From Candidatus Hydrogenedentota bacterium (GTDB lineage: Bacteria; Hydrogenedentota; Hydrogenedentia; Hydrogenedentales; SLHB01): a DNA stretch of 64,000 nucleotides. The stretch lies in assembly GCA_963674865.2 (NCBI GenBank), contig CAXXYE010000008.1:448001-512000 (forward strand), read 5' to 3'. Below the pieces are notes generated by a model that saw nothing but the letters and a program-made list of their open reading frames with translations, was not told the origin of the DNA and searched no databases. The translations under genes and the position numbers were made by a program. Of the stretch, positions 1 to 11,995 are shown piece by piece (positions within the stretch are counted from its first letter, which is position 1; each line of letters opens with the position of its first letter).

Positions 1-1
1 T

Positions 2-1099
2 GGACTCGCCGAGAATATCCCTGGCCTCGCGGGCTTTATCGATGTCTTTGATATCCGCGGCCACCTGCGGGCCGCAGACGCTCCACGCCACCAGCACGTC
101 CTCCTCGGGGCACCGAAACAGATAGGCGTACACGCCGAATCGATCATGGGGGATGACCTCGCGGAGTTCGTCGTAGTCGGCTACTGCGTCAAGGAAATGT
201 TGGTAGGCGTAGAACACGCGGCGTTTCTCATGTTTTGGATACGTCATCAGGCCGCTGCCTTCCGACGCCTGCGAGAACCAGAACACCTTGTCCACGCCCG
301 TAGCCTGGATGATCGTCATGTACCGAACCAGGAATGCCGCCAGCCGCCGCCCCGGGCGCTCGGCGTGGAAGTCCTCGGAGTCCTTGAAGGGGAAATGATG
401 GGAGCCCCAACCCATCTCCGTGAACCAGATGGGCTTCTGCTCGCCGTAGCGCGACACCAGTTTCCGCAGCGCGGCCATTTCTTCGAACTGGCCGACCTCC
501 GGCGCAATCCGGTAAGGCTGGTAGGCCAGAATGTCGCAGTATTGGAGGCCGCCGTAGCGGAAGACTTTCTCCGTGAAATCGAGGTCGATTCCCGAGCAGT
601 TGACGCCGATGATCTGCGCCGTCGGATCGACGGCCTTCGCGGCCAGGTAGGATCGGCGCAGGAGTTCGGCGTAATCGCGGGGATTCTTGTCCGGCTTCCA
701 GAAGCCATAGTTCGGCTCATTCCACACCTGGTAGTGCGTCAGCCTGCCTTTGAACTCCGCCACCGTCCGCTGGACGTAGCGCACCCAGTAGTCGAGCGTT
801 TCGTCATCGGCGGGCGAGACATCCGGATCCCACGCGGGATTGTAGTCGAGAATGGGCAGGAGCTTGACGCCGAGCGTGTTGGACTTGTCCACGCGCGCGG
901 GATATTCGCCGAAATCGAACACACCCTTCTCGCGCTCGATCCCGGACCACGTGAAATCGTGCCTATTCCACGTCACGCCCAGCTCGACGATGAATTCCGG
1001 TTCGCCGTGGACGAGTCCGAAGCGCCCATGCGGATCCGGCGTATCGCCACCCGCCCCAGCCAGAACCAAGGGAAAACAGGCCAGCACAATCCAAGTCAT
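2..1099 (-). CDS. Secreted clan GH-A glycoside hydrolase (GH39/GH5-like), runs off the window edge
   Basis: Manual minus-strand translation from ATG at 1099: MTWIVLACFPLVLAG (signal-like)...RHDFTWSGIEREKGVFDF...LLPILDYNPAW...YQVWNEPN (GH-A acid/base motif). Not in the ORF track, apparently because no stop is reached inside the window. Confidence 0.75.
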   Translation of the reverse strand, partial: MTWIVLACFPLVLAGAGGDTPDPHGRFGLVHGEPEFIVELGVTWNRHDFTWSGIEREKGVFDFGEYPARVDKSNTLGVKLLPILDYNPAWDPDVSPADDETLDYWVRYVQRTVAEFKGRLTHYQVWNEPNYGFWKPDKNPRDYAELLRRSYLAAKAVDPTAQIIGVNCSGIDLDFTEKVFRYGGLQYCDILAYQPYRIAPEVGQFEEMAALRKLVSRYGEQKPIWFTEMGWGSHHFPFKDSEDFHAERPGRRLAAFLVRYMTIIQATGVDKVFWFSQASEGSGLMTYPKHEKRRVFYAYQHFLDAVADYDELREVIPHDRFGVYAYLFRCPEEDVLVAWSVCGPQVAADIKDIDKAREARDILGES

Positions 1100-1147
1100 A
1101 GCACACCCCCGTCGGTTTTCACCCGGTTTGCCTTATGCCTTGTTTGA

Positions 1148-4100
1148 CTACTGTAGAATGACGATCTCAGGCGCCGAGAGCAAGCCATAATCCCAGAACA
1201 ACTTTTGTTCGCCCGCAACGCCCGCGTAGCTCTGGTTGCTCATCCCTGTCATGATCTTCTCCCGAGGCTCGTAATGCGGCCCCAGGAGATTTCGGAGCGT
1301 GTTGGCGACCTCAACTTCGACTACATTTTTTCCAGGCTTGACGGCCTTTGTGATCTCGCACGCATAGGGCGGCCAAAGCACGTGGTCGACGGTGGCGCCG
1401 TTGACGCGGATCTCCGCCGAGCCCGCAAGCCCAGGCATCTCGAGCATGACGCCGCCGTCCTCGGGAACTTCGTCCAACTCGACCTCCGCGCGATACGTAA
1501 CGGTGCCCGAGTAGAAGGGCAGTCCGACCTCGGGCCAGGTGCCGAGCGGGACCGCGCTTTCCTTGGGTTCGATGGTGAAGTCGGGGTTCTTTACCGCATC
1601 CACGTCGAAAGCACCCAACAGCCAAGGGCTTTGGAGGTGGGTGGCCTGCGCGTAGCGGGCCTTGACCTCGATGGCGTTTTCCCCGCGCCGCAGCGGCGGC
1701 AGGGCCACGCGCTCAATCGCCGGGTCGAGCATCCAGCCGGCGCGCGCCGGCTCGATTTCCTCTCCATTGAGTTTTAGGGCGGCGCCTTCAGTCAGTTCCA
1801 GGGCCAGTTCAAGCCCTTCCACGGGCGCGTCGCCGTCCGCGATGCGGACAACGTACTGCGTCACCATCTCCGCCGCCTGCCCATCCTTCTCAAGCCGCTC
1901 GGCGAGCACGTCACGGGCCTGGGTGATGGATAGCAGAGCGCTCGGCCGCCCTGCCTCGATGATCCGGCATTCGTCCAAGACCAGCACGTTGGGCTCGGTG
2001 CGCGTCCCGGCCCATTCCGGCGAGATCCTCTTCGCCGGTTCCGCCCGACGCTGGGGCGTGATTTCCACTTCGCCGGGCACGGCCACCAGCGTTTTCGCCG
2101 CCCGTGGCTCCCAGTCGAGATCCAGCGTTATCTCCTCTCCCGCGGTACACGGGGCAAGCGGCCATGTTGCGCCGGTTGAGGTGTCCCACGCTTCCAACCG
2201 CCCGGTGACACCGAACGTGCATGTCATCCGCGCCTTTGTTGCCTCCCGGGACACGTTTGCCAGGTACAGGATCTCCCGCCCGTCCCAGGTTCGCCGCTGC
2301 GCCTTGATGGCCGGCACATCGTCGTCATCCGTCTTCAACGTGACGACACGCGCGCCGCGCGCGGTGAGTTCCGCCACGGCTAGGCCATAGTCAAACATGT
2401 CCACGCCGTCCGTGATTCGCAGGGCATGCTCGTCGAGCAGCTTGCGCGGCTCTTCCGAAGGCCGGCCGTCGAGCAGGCGCGGGGCTGAGCCGACGACGAT
2501 GATTTGCCCGCCCGCCTCCGCGAAGCGTCGCAGCAATTCGAGCGTGCTGGAGCGTAAGTTCACCAGAGCCGGGAGCACCACGAGCGGATAGCTCTTGACT
2601 CCGATGCGGAGTCCTGCGCCCTCAACCGCGCCGTGGCGGGCCATGAGTTCCTCGTCGCCATAGTCGTGATCGATCTGGGCGTCGAGGAGCGCCACCGACA
2701 GGCGCGTGAAGTGTTTGTCCACCAGTTCGAAAGGCATGTCGGCGTCGAAGAGGTAATTCTCCGCCTTGTTCTCCTCGCGAACACGGTAGTGCCTGTAGGT
2801 GGCGTGCATGCTCGACATAGGATGCAGGAGCAGCACATCGCATTGATGCTCGCCTTGATTCAACAGCCATCCCGTTCGGCTGATGGCGTCGAAGTGCTTC
2901 TTGACGAACTTCCAGTACGGCTCGTGCCAGTCGATGAACGGTGGGCAATCCAACTTGCGCTCGGCGCGGATGCTGTAGAAGGGCGCGTGCTGGCAGATAT
3001 GCGTCACGCCAAGGGCCATCTGGAAGTTCGTCGCCGTCTGCATCGCCTCGGGCCCCATCGCGTGCCCGCCCACGCCGTAGCTCTCGCTGAGAAGGCCGCC
3101 CTTAGCCAACTGGTGGTTCACCGAGGACGCCTGCTTAATGGTGACGACGTAGTAGCTGTAGGCCTCTTGCTCGAAGCGGCGGCTGTAGAAGTCGTTGCCG
3201 AGGATGTCGATGCCCGGCAGGCCCTGGAACTCGTACAGCGGCATGACGCCGCCCGTCTGCCGGGTGGCTTCCTTGAGCGTCGCCTCGCACAGATAGTGGC
3301 CCGAGTAGGCGACATCGTGCGCCTCATGCCACGCATGCATCGGGACGCCGAAGCCTTCGCGAAATAGTTCCGTGGCCAACGACCAGAAGTCGTAGCGAAT
3401 AGCCTCATGTCCCGGCACCTCGAAAAACAGCGCAGGGAGATGGGGGAGCAGGGAGTAGCCACGGCGCTGCTCGAAGGTCTCGGCGAAGCGGTATTCCCAA
3501 GGCAGCGACGCGGCGGGAGGCATCATGCCGGCCTCGTCCATGAACGTGTGCGTGATGGTCGTGCCGAAGAACTCCTTGAACCTGCGGTAATATTCCTCAT
3601 GCGTGAGTTCGAGGAACTTCGCCGTCGCCTTCGGATCGAGGTAGTTCAGCGCTCCGGATACCACCGGCCGGAAAAGCAGCACGCGTTTGCCCGCCCATGC
3701 CGCCGGGTCGAAGGGCAGGCTTATGGCTTCGTAGCCGATCCGATCCGGCTGGAGCAGCGCGCTCTTGTCATGCCGTCGTTGGAAACCGTGATTGATATCC
3801 GTACGCGTGACGTGGAACGCGGCGACGACGGCCTCCAGGTCAATCCCGTCCAGCGGCGTCTCACCTACGATGACGTCGTCCATGTGCAAATGCACGAGGC
3901 GGAGTTCGGGGTACATGCGCGGCAAGCGGCCGCCTGCCGAGCCGGAGGGCCAGCCCAGTTCATCGTAGATCCACGCGCAACCACCCCGCTCGCGGGCGTG
4001 TTCTACCACGGCTTTCACGCCGGCGAACCACCGCTCGTCCAAATACTCCTCGGGATCCAGGCCGCCGCGCGCGTGCATCACCGCGCCGCCCATGCCCGCG

Positions 4101-4228
4101 TCGAGCATCAGGTCGTATTGCCATACCAACCGCTCGGGGTCCAGCCGGTCATTCCAAAACCAGAACGGCGCCGGGCGGTGGTCCATCGGTGGGTTGCTGA
4201 ATAATGCCTTGCTTTTCTCCAAGTCCAT
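1148..4228 (-). CDS. Large glycoside hydrolase, GH106 (alpha-L-rhamnosidase)-like, with C-terminal sugar-binding beta-sandwich
   Basis: Motifs RPAPFWFWN, WIYDELGWPSGSAGG, FMDE, LSESYG, and C-terminal GLPFYSGTVTY / EVEVANTLRN / GLLS. The ATG at 4228 (MDLEK) follows GGGAAAGAG. Confidence 0.75.
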   Translation of the reverse strand: MDLEKSKALFSNPPMDHRPAPFWFWNDRLDPERLVWQYDLMLDAGMGGAVMHARGGLDPEEYLDERWFAGVKAVVEHARERGGCAWIYDELGWPSGSAGGRLPRMYPELRLVHLHMDDVIVGETPLDGIDLEAVVAAFHVTRTDINHGFQRRHDKSALLQPDRIGYEAISLPFDPAAWAGKRVLLFRPVVSGALNYLDPKATAKFLELTHEEYYRRFKEFFGTTITHTFMDEAGMMPPAASLPWEYRFAETFEQRRGYSLLPHLPALFFEVPGHEAIRYDFWSLATELFREGFGVPMHAWHEAHDVAYSGHYLCEATLKEATRQTGGVMPLYEFQGLPGIDILGNDFYSRRFEQEAYSYYVVTIKQASSVNHQLAKGGLLSESYGVGGHAMGPEAMQTATNFQMALGVTHICQHAPFYSIRAERKLDCPPFIDWHEPYWKFVKKHFDAISRTGWLLNQGEHQCDVLLLHPMSSMHATYRHYRVREENKAENYLFDADMPFELVDKHFTRLSVALLDAQIDHDYGDEELMARHGAVEGAGLRIGVKSYPLVVLPALVNLRSSTLELLRRFAEAGGQIIVVGSAPRLLDGRPSEEPRKLLDEHALRITDGVDMFDYGLAVAELTARGARVVTLKTDDDDVPAIKAQRRTWDGREILYLANVSREATKARMTCTFGVTGRLEAWDTSTGATWPLAPCTAGEEITLDLDWEPRAAKTLVAVPGEVEITPQRRAEPAKRISPEWAGTRTEPNVLVLDECRIIEAGRPSALLSITQARDVLAERLEKDGQAAEMVTQYVVRIADGDAPVEGLELALELTEGAALKLNGEEIEPARAGWMLDPAIERVALPPLRRGENAIEVKARYAQATHLQSPWLLGAFDVDAVKNPDFTIEPKESAVPLGTWPEVGLPFYSGTVTYRAEVELDEVPEDGGVMLEMPGLAGSAEIRVNGATVDHVLWPPYACEITKAVKPGKNVVEVEVANTLRNLLGPHYEPREKIMTGMSNQSYAGVAGEQKLFWDYGLLSAPEIVILQ

Positions 4229-4367
4229 GATCTCTTTCCCCGTGCAAGTAAGGCCGCATGTCATTGAAACGCCCGGATCCTACGCCCCCCGCGGCGCGAA
4301 TTCTACAGAAAAACGGCGAAAGGACGGTGTTCTTGCGAGAAAACAATCGAGAGGGCCTGATTCTCCA

Positions 4368-7300
4368 TCACGGGACCTGGAAGTCCACCTGAGTTTCGCT
4401 CGATGGCTCGATGGTGACGACCCGGGAATCATGGAAGTCAGTGTTGGACGAGGGGTGTTCATTGAACGCCGAACCGCCCCTTGACACGGTGAGCACCACC
4501 GTGTATGTGCCCGGCATCAATCCGTCGAGGCGAAAGCGGCCGTCGTCAGATACTTGGGCGGCGCCAACGCCTGCGTGCTCGAGCTCGCCCATCCTATCGA
4601 TGTTCGCCGGCAGGCTCCCTCCGGGACTCGGCAAAGCAGAGACGGTAGCGGCATCGCCGACCTGCAGTCCAGTTACCCTTCCCGCCGCTGCGCCCGCTTC
4701 CAAGAGGTCCACGTCGAGTCGTACCGGCCGGCCACTGCGCGTCTCCACCGTCAGGATGCTCCAGCGGTAGCCGCCGGTGGCCAGGCGACCCTCAACGCGC
4801 ACTTCGAGCAGGCCTGTAGGGAGGCCCTCGATGCGGTAGGTGCCATTTTGGAGGATGGGGGTGGAGAAGTGGGATCCCTCTTGCTGCTCGTCAACCGGCC
4901 ACGCCCTGACATGTCCGCTCGATACCGGCTTGCCGTCACCGAACACCGTTCCCTCGATGGTGGCGTCCAGTACGGGAAGGTCGACGTCAACAATGGTGGT
5001 CTGCCCGTGCTCGATGACGGCCCATCGGGGGCCTTGGAAATAGCTTTCCCGCGCGTCTGTGACGGCTACATAGAGTTGGATAGTCCCGGCGCTCAGCCGG
5101 CGAGGCGGTAGAATCCATTGGCATCTGTCCTCGGGTTCGCGCTGTGTGCCTGGGGCGAGGCGGCGCTTTGCTCGATTCGTACAATCGCCCCGCTGAGCGG
5201 CTCGCCCCCCAAGCGCACCGTGCCCTCGACGGCGCCGCCCAAACTAAGCACGACGGTTACACGCTCTTGGTTCAGGTTTGTGTGCAACGCCACCGTCGCG
5301 GGCGTGTACGCGGGATGATAGACGGTTAGGCGGTCGTCGAGAGCGGCCAGCGTCGACACGCGAAACGCGCCGGCTGCGTCCGTCGACGCGTCCGCTTGGC
5401 TCCGGCGGCGCAGGTTCTCGGGGGGCAGGTCGCCTATGAAGATCATGGCGCCGGGTACCGGCTTGCGGGAAGCATCCGTCACAGTGCCCTCCACAACGCG
5501 GCCCGGCTCAAGCGCGATAGCCACATTCGCGATGATCTCACCATCGCGTAAGTTAGTAACCTGATGCATCCCCGGCGCGTATCCCTCCGCGTGGACCTCG
5601 ATGAGTATGGCGCCGGCCTCCTGCCCTGCGAGCCGAAACCGCCCCTCCTCGTCGTGTACGCGGACGAGTTGCGGCTGAACCCACCCTCTTGACGTGGCCT
5701 CAATGTCCGCCGACGGGAGGAGGGCGGGCCCGACACGTACCGCGCCAATCTCGAAGACGGAAACGGGCCGCTTGCTCCGCGCATCGACCACACGGCCTTC
5801 GATGATGCCGCGCTTGACGAGGACGAAGTCAACGCCCGTCGCTCCTGCCCGGACGTTGTCACGATTCTGTTCGCCAAAATCGCCGTGCCGTGCGATAACC
5901 TGGTGCGGCCCGGCGGCCAATCCGGCTATCCGGTAACTGCCTGAAGCGTCCGTTGTAGCCCTGCCTTGGCTTTCTTCGGCGCCCGCCGAGACGGATGCGT
6001 CGCGGATGCCCTTGCCTTCCGCGTCGCTCACCCGGCCCGAAATCGATAGGCCTTCGCTTCCTTCGAGCACGATCTCTATGCCTGTAAGGTGTTCGCCCGC
6101 CTCAAGGGCGACGTCCACGCTCCTGGCCGCGTATCCGGGCGCGCGCGCAGCGAGGCTGAACGCGCCGCCATACAGGCCCGCGATCTCGAAAGCGCCGCTT
6201 GCGTCCACCTCGACTTGCACGAGGCCGAGGAAACTCTTGCTGCTCGCCGGACGGGGGAATACGACGGCCTCCTTGACGGGCCTTCCCGCCGTGTCGACCA
6301 CGCTCCCGGAGATGGCCCCCTCGGCCGTAACCACGATCTCGATGTCGGACACCCCTTCCGCGTTCAGGGCGAACGGGCCCGCCGGCGCGGAGGTAAGCGT
6401 TCCCTTTGTGGCGCGGAGGTAGGCCTGATCACCTTCGGTGAAGCCCGTCACGGCGAAGCGGCCCTCACGTCCGCTCGTCGCCTCGCTCCGCCGCCCCCGA
6501 TATCCCGTTCTCGCGATTACCAGCGCGCCCGCGATGCCGCGGCCGTCCTCGTCGATCACCCGGCCGGTGGCGCCGACTCCCAGAGATACCCCGAAATCCA
6601 CGCCATCGAGCACGGATCCAAGAGCTACCGATACAAATTGCCCTTCTCCAGGCTGCGGATCCAGCATGCCTGCTTTAGGTTGACGCGCGACTTCGTATCT
6701 GCCTTCCGCCAAGCCTTCGATTATGTATTCGCCCGACGCCGCAGACGGTTCACTGTCGCGCCGTTGGGCGGGATGCCCATCCGGCTGCGCCGCGATCACT
6801 ACACCGCCGATGCCTTCCTGCGTGTGGAGATCGTATACGCGTCCCGTGATGGCGGCCGCCCCGGCCACCTCCACGCGGACACCGGATGTCTGCTGGCCCT
6901 CGACAACGCGGAATGTCACGGCCCCTCCGACTGCCGCCAGGTGGGCGTCATCCACCGTGAGCGTATAGTCCGCGGGCCGAAGTGAGGTGATGGCGAACGC
7001 TCCCGAGGTGTCCGTCTCTGCGGCACGGCGGTCGTGTTCGAGGTCGGATACGACCACCACCTTCACGCCGCCCACGGGCTCTCCCGAGCCCTGCTCGACA
7101 ACCACGCCGCGGACGCCTCCTCCATGGCCCATGACGAGTTCCGCATCCGTTGTGCCTACGGGGATGTACTCCGTAATCAGCGTCGCGTAGCCCTCCGCCT
7201 TCGCGAGGATACGCCACCCGCCCATCCAGAGATGGGCGAACCGGAAATGGCCCGCCTCATCCGTCCTTTCCACCATCGCCGTCGCCCATTCCGCTATGAA

Positions 7301-7942
7301 GGCCTTGTCCTCGCCCTGCCGTTGGTAGGGGAAGAGCTTCACCTGGGGGACGGATTCGCCCGCTCCGTCGACCACCCGCCCGGCGATCTCGTCCGCCGGC
7401 TGCATCTTCAAGTCCACTGTCTTGAGGGGCCTATCCGGGCTGACGCGGCCTGAGCGGACGGCATAGAGTCCGCCCTTCGCGGCGCGTATCCCATATTCCG
7501 CCCACGGAAGCTCTTCAATGGCGTACCTTCCTTGGGCGTCCGTCTCCGTGGTCAGTTCCTTCGCGTCCTCCACCGGCATGGGATAGCCGCGATCCTCGAA
7601 ACGTGCCATGGTGATGGACGCGCCCCCCACCGGTTCGCCCGTCTCGGCCGTGGTAACCGTCCCGCGAATCACGCCTTCACCGCGCTCGATCCGGCGCGAT
7701 CTTCTCTGCGGCTTGATGTAGTCCCCTCGCGGCCCACTCTCCTCAAGGCGTTCCGCAATCGTCGACGAGCCGCCGTGGCGATCGGCCGATTCGTCGGCTG
7801 ATGTCTGGACGGGGCGCTTTTCCCCCGGCGGCCGCGATTCGCTGTTCTCTCCGGCTTGCTCTGTCCGGAGCAGGTGCCAGAGCAAGGCCGCGACCACAAC
7901 GAAGAAAACGACAATGAGTGCAAGGCGAATATTAGCGTTCAT
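4368..7942 (-). CDS. Membrane-anchored carboxypeptidase-regulatory-like (CarboxypepD_reg) repeat protein, one frameshift near 5097
   Basis: N-terminal TM helix, then many 'I.GRVVD..G.PV.GA.V...TD..G.F.I.GL..G.Y' repeats. ORF 5093..7942 ends GFYRLAG*; adding one base continues LSAGTIQLYV...DATIEGTVFGDGK into ORF 4368..4946. Confidence 0.75.
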
Positions 7943-8004
7943 AGTGCTCCCCGGAAGATCCCGGCCCTACACATGATTGGTAGGGCCCGCGTCCAATGCC
8001 TTTC

Positions 8005-11000
8005 TTACAGTGAACCGAATGCGGGCGCAGGAAGAATCACTGCCTCGCGGCGCTCACGCAGGTCGATGGGCGTGCCGTCGGCGGCCGTCAAGCGGGCGCC
8101 CGAAACTCCAACCTCCGCCCATTTGGGAAATCTTGAGCAGAACGGTGTTGACGCCCCTTCGGCCATGCACTTCGAGCACGTCTTGATCGGGCGCGTATAC
8201 GCGGCCGCCGTCGAACCGGCCCACTTCTTCACCGTTGAACCAGCACTTGAAGCCGTCATTGCTTCCGACCTTCAGCAGGAAGTCTCCGGCTTCGGGCAGA
8301 TCCACTTCGGCATAGGCATACACTGCGTCGCTGCTGCACGGGCCGAAGATGCGGACGAGTTCCACTTGCCCGTTCGGGAGTTCGGGTAAGGTATTCGCGC
8401 CAGTTGAGCGTTCGCTCTCCGAGCGTGCAGGACTTGTTCACGTCCACGTTGGGCTCGCCGAGAAAGGCGGCGTCCAACGAGTTCAAGTAGTAGTCCCAGG
8501 GGAACGGCCCGATCAAGCGCCAGCGGACGATGCAGCCCGCACGCGCGGCGTCTTGCCCCACCTCGACGCCGAGTTTCCGGAGGTTGGCGATCAGCAGGCC
8601 GCGGTTCTTTGAGCCGTGAACGGTTGCAAGGAGACGCTTGAGGGGCCGGAGCGCCGCCTCTCGACGTTCCGCTGTCAAGGCCGCCGCGCTGAGTGTCTCA
8701 ATGTGCTCGCGCAGGGCGGCGCCGCCGCCGCAGCAAACCAGACTCCCGTCGGCCAGCGTGACAATTACCCGCCCGTCCCTGTCGATGAGAAGGCCGCCCG
8801 GGAGCGCCGGCGCCGGCAGGTCGCACTGCCACAGGATGGCGCCGCTCTTGAGGTCGAGTCCGCAAACGGCGAAGCGCTCGTGCAGGCTGCGGAAGTCGGC
8901 GGCCTCGTATACAGCCACGACTTGATTTGCGCCCAGGGCAAGCGACACCACGTCGCTGTCCGCGGGCAGGGGCGCTTTCCACATCGCCACGGGGCGCTCG
9001 TCTGGGAGGCCGCGCCTGAAATGAACCAGTATGTTGTCCACGAGATGGCATTCGGGCGGCACGCGGCGGCCGTTCACGAACACTACGAGATCCTCGTTCC
9101 AGACGGGAGGTATTTTGCCCGTGCTCAACGTTATGGATTTGTCCACTCGCGTGCCGGCCATCCTGCCAAGCGTGAAGACTCCCGGATTCACTACGCTCTT
9201 GAGGGCCGAATAGCGGAGGCGTCCGCCGTAGATGAGGAAATTGCCGCGAAGTACGCCAATTTCCTCGCCTCGGTTGGTTTGGGGCGACCCATCCTTCACC
9301 GGGAGTCCCACGTATCCCCCCGTTCCCAGATCGTAGACCGCCGGCGAGATGACGTTGCCGCCGGCCATCCATAACCGTGCATCAGCGGCGGTGAGGTATC
9401 CTTGGGCCGATACGCCCTTCCTTAAGTCCGTGTCCAGATGGCCCGAGTCGCCGTTTCGCCATTTCACTTCGCCTGTTGCCGCGTCCAGCGCATAGAGGAA
9501 GGTCCCGTCATAATCGATGATCCCGGCGGCCACGTAGGCCACGCCGTCTTCGACCAGCACGCCGCTGTTGACAGGCCACGTCGAGCACAGCGCGCCGTAA
9601 ACCATCATCTTGCGCTCGGCCGGCGCGGCCCGGAACCGCCAGAGGAGTTCCCCGTTTGCCGCATCCAGGGCGTAGAGCCAGCCATCGCCGGATCCAACGT
9701 AGACGCGCCCGCCGGCGATGGTGGGCGAGGCAAGAACGGGCCCGCCCGTTTGATACGTCCAGTGTTGAAGGCCCGTGCCTGCATCGAGGGCGTGTACCTT
9801 GCCGTCGGTACCGGCCAGGAAGAGCATGCCACCCGCGGAGGTCGCGGGCGTGGGTATACAGGTTTGCGCCGGCTCGAACGACCAGATCTGGGTGAGCTGT
9901 TCCGGCAGCGATACGGGGACACTCCCCGTATGCTCCGCACTCCCGCGATACGCTGGCCAGTCTGCGTCGGTTTCTTCCAGGCATGGTTCGGCTAATAGGG
10001 CGCCCGTGCGCTCCAACCGGCCCGCTTCGTCATCTTCCGCGGGAAGGGACGCGCTGCTCGCCGAACACAGCGCAATCGTTCCCATCAGTTGGAGATTGCA
10101 GTCGCAGAGCCACGGGCCCAGGTACGCGAGTCCGTTGGCCGCGATGAGGCCGTCGTTGCACGAAGGTCGAAAAGCTCCGTTGAAGGAGATATCGCCCGTA
10201 GCGCGGTCGTAGCGCGTCAACCCCTCGGGGTTGCCTCGGCAGAACAAGGAGTCCGGAGTCGCCGTAAGCCGGGCGCACGAGCGCTTCATAAAGCCGAGGT
10301 CTTGGATGGTTTCGCCCGTCTTCGGATCCACAGCGAGGGTGCTGCCGCCCGGCCCTATGCCCACGAACACCCGCCCGTCGAGATAGAGCATGTTGGGATT
10401 GTTGGTTGTCTTCTTGCGCTTCCATAGAAAACGCCCGTCTTCCGTGGAAAGGGCGACGACATTCATGTGCGTTTGCGCCTCGAAGAGGAGCACGCCCGGC
10501 GTGTACAGCGCATAGCATGTCGAGCGGAATCCCGGCGTCGAGCCGAGCCCCCGGCCGGGCTCCTCGATGAGCGAGCGTAATTCCGCGTCGGTGTTTTGCC
10601 AAACAAGTTTGCCGGAACGGCCGTTGCGGCGGCCTATCCGGGCGTCGGGCGCATAGAAGAACACATCGCCGTCGCCGACGGCCAGCGCCCTGGAGTCAAT
10701 CTCCGCTGCCTCTTCATGCGCCCAGCGAACCTTCTTCTCTTCCAGGTTGTACGCCACCAGCGCTTCGCCAAAGCCCCACGGCACGCGCTCTTCGTAGTAC
10801 CCTTTGCTGAGTTCGCCCCAGCTCCAATGGGAATAGGGGCTGCGTACAACAGTCGTTTCCGCGGGGTCCTTCTTCTTTCCTATGAGGGCGTATAGGGTGT
10901 TCCCCGACATCGCGATCCACTTCCATTTGCCTGGGTGCTCCGCGATTCGGATCTGGCCGAGGTCGGCACCGGTTTCCGGCGCCAGCATGCGGCAGCCTTT

Positions 11001-11906
11001 GCCGTCGAGGTCTATCAGATAGAAGATCTCATCCGTGGCCACGTAGGCCGAGCGGTGCGCCATGTAGCCGTCGGGCAGCTTCATTTGCCAAAGGGGCTGG
11101 CCGTTGTATGCGTTGCGGGCCATCAGCGTGTTGAGCCACGGCTCCTCACGTTCATGGTGGGCGATGTGTCCCATAGCGATGAAGAGCCTTCCGCCCGCCG
11201 CTGTCGTCACCGCCGGCATCGCAATGTAGTAGGGCTCGGCCAGCCACTGCGTTGCGTACGGCGCCCGAATTACGGTGTCCATTGAAACGGGATTATTGTC
11301 CGGGCCGTGCTCCCAATGACTCCAGTTGTCCACGCCTGCCCGCGCGGGTTTCGTTACTTTCACCCGCCACCCGAAGGGGCTCTTCCGGCGACTGGACTCC
11401 TCGACGCCCCCGGCCTCCAGCCATGCCGTCAAGGCTTCGCGGAGTTTGTGCGATGCTCCCGGCTCGCCCACCAGGATGGCCTTCCCGCGCGGGCGGAGGA
11501 CGCGCAGCACTTCCGCGGCCGGCGGCAAGGCCGCGACGGTGGATGCCGTGAGATCCGTCGCCACAACGAGGTCGGCCATGTTGTCAATATGCGGCAGGCG
11601 GCTGAATGCCTCTCGGTCGACGGCAACGCGGCGCAGGTATTGTTCGTCCTTATCCACGCGCTCCCGGGCAAGGGCCACCCGTGCCCCATCCGGGTCCAGC
11701 ACATGCACGAAGAAGCTGGTGCAACGCACCATCGCCTCGGGGAATGAACCATCCCCGGCCCCCAGTACCACACACACGCCCCGCGTCATCCCCGCCTCAT
11801 CTGCGACGTGCCTGGCCATGAGCTCTTCGCGGGTTCCCGTCTGTGCCCCCGCCGACATCGCTACGAAGCACGCCAGCAAAATGCCAAAGACGATGCTCCT
11901 CTTCAT
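8005..11906 (-). CDS. Secreted protein: SAM-methyltransferase-like domain, PQQ-like beta-propeller repeats and C-terminal PA14-like domain; two frameshifts (~8385, ~8100)
   Basis: Signal peptide MKRSIVFGILLACFVAMSAGAQ; CVVLGAGDG...RVLRPRG Rossmann-like segment; LYALDAANGELLW-type repeats. Removing one base at each site gives ...YLTELPNGQVELVRIF...KVGSNDG...GGGWSFGARLTAADG. Confidence 0.7.
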
Positions 11907-11995
11907 GGCGCGCACCCCTCTCAAGTTGGATTGAGACTGCGCATTCAGTATAGCGCCCGGTGGCCGAGTTGCCAATTGTGCCGCGCTCGGCCGGC

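Noticed and set aside
146..1147. 333-aa plus-strand ORF
   Set aside because: Antisense shadow of the minus-strand GH-A gene carrying the WNEPN motif.
5093..5095. TGA read-through (selenocysteine or recoding) in the CarboxypepD repeat gene
   Set aside because: The continuation is in a different frame, so this is an indel and not in-frame read-through.
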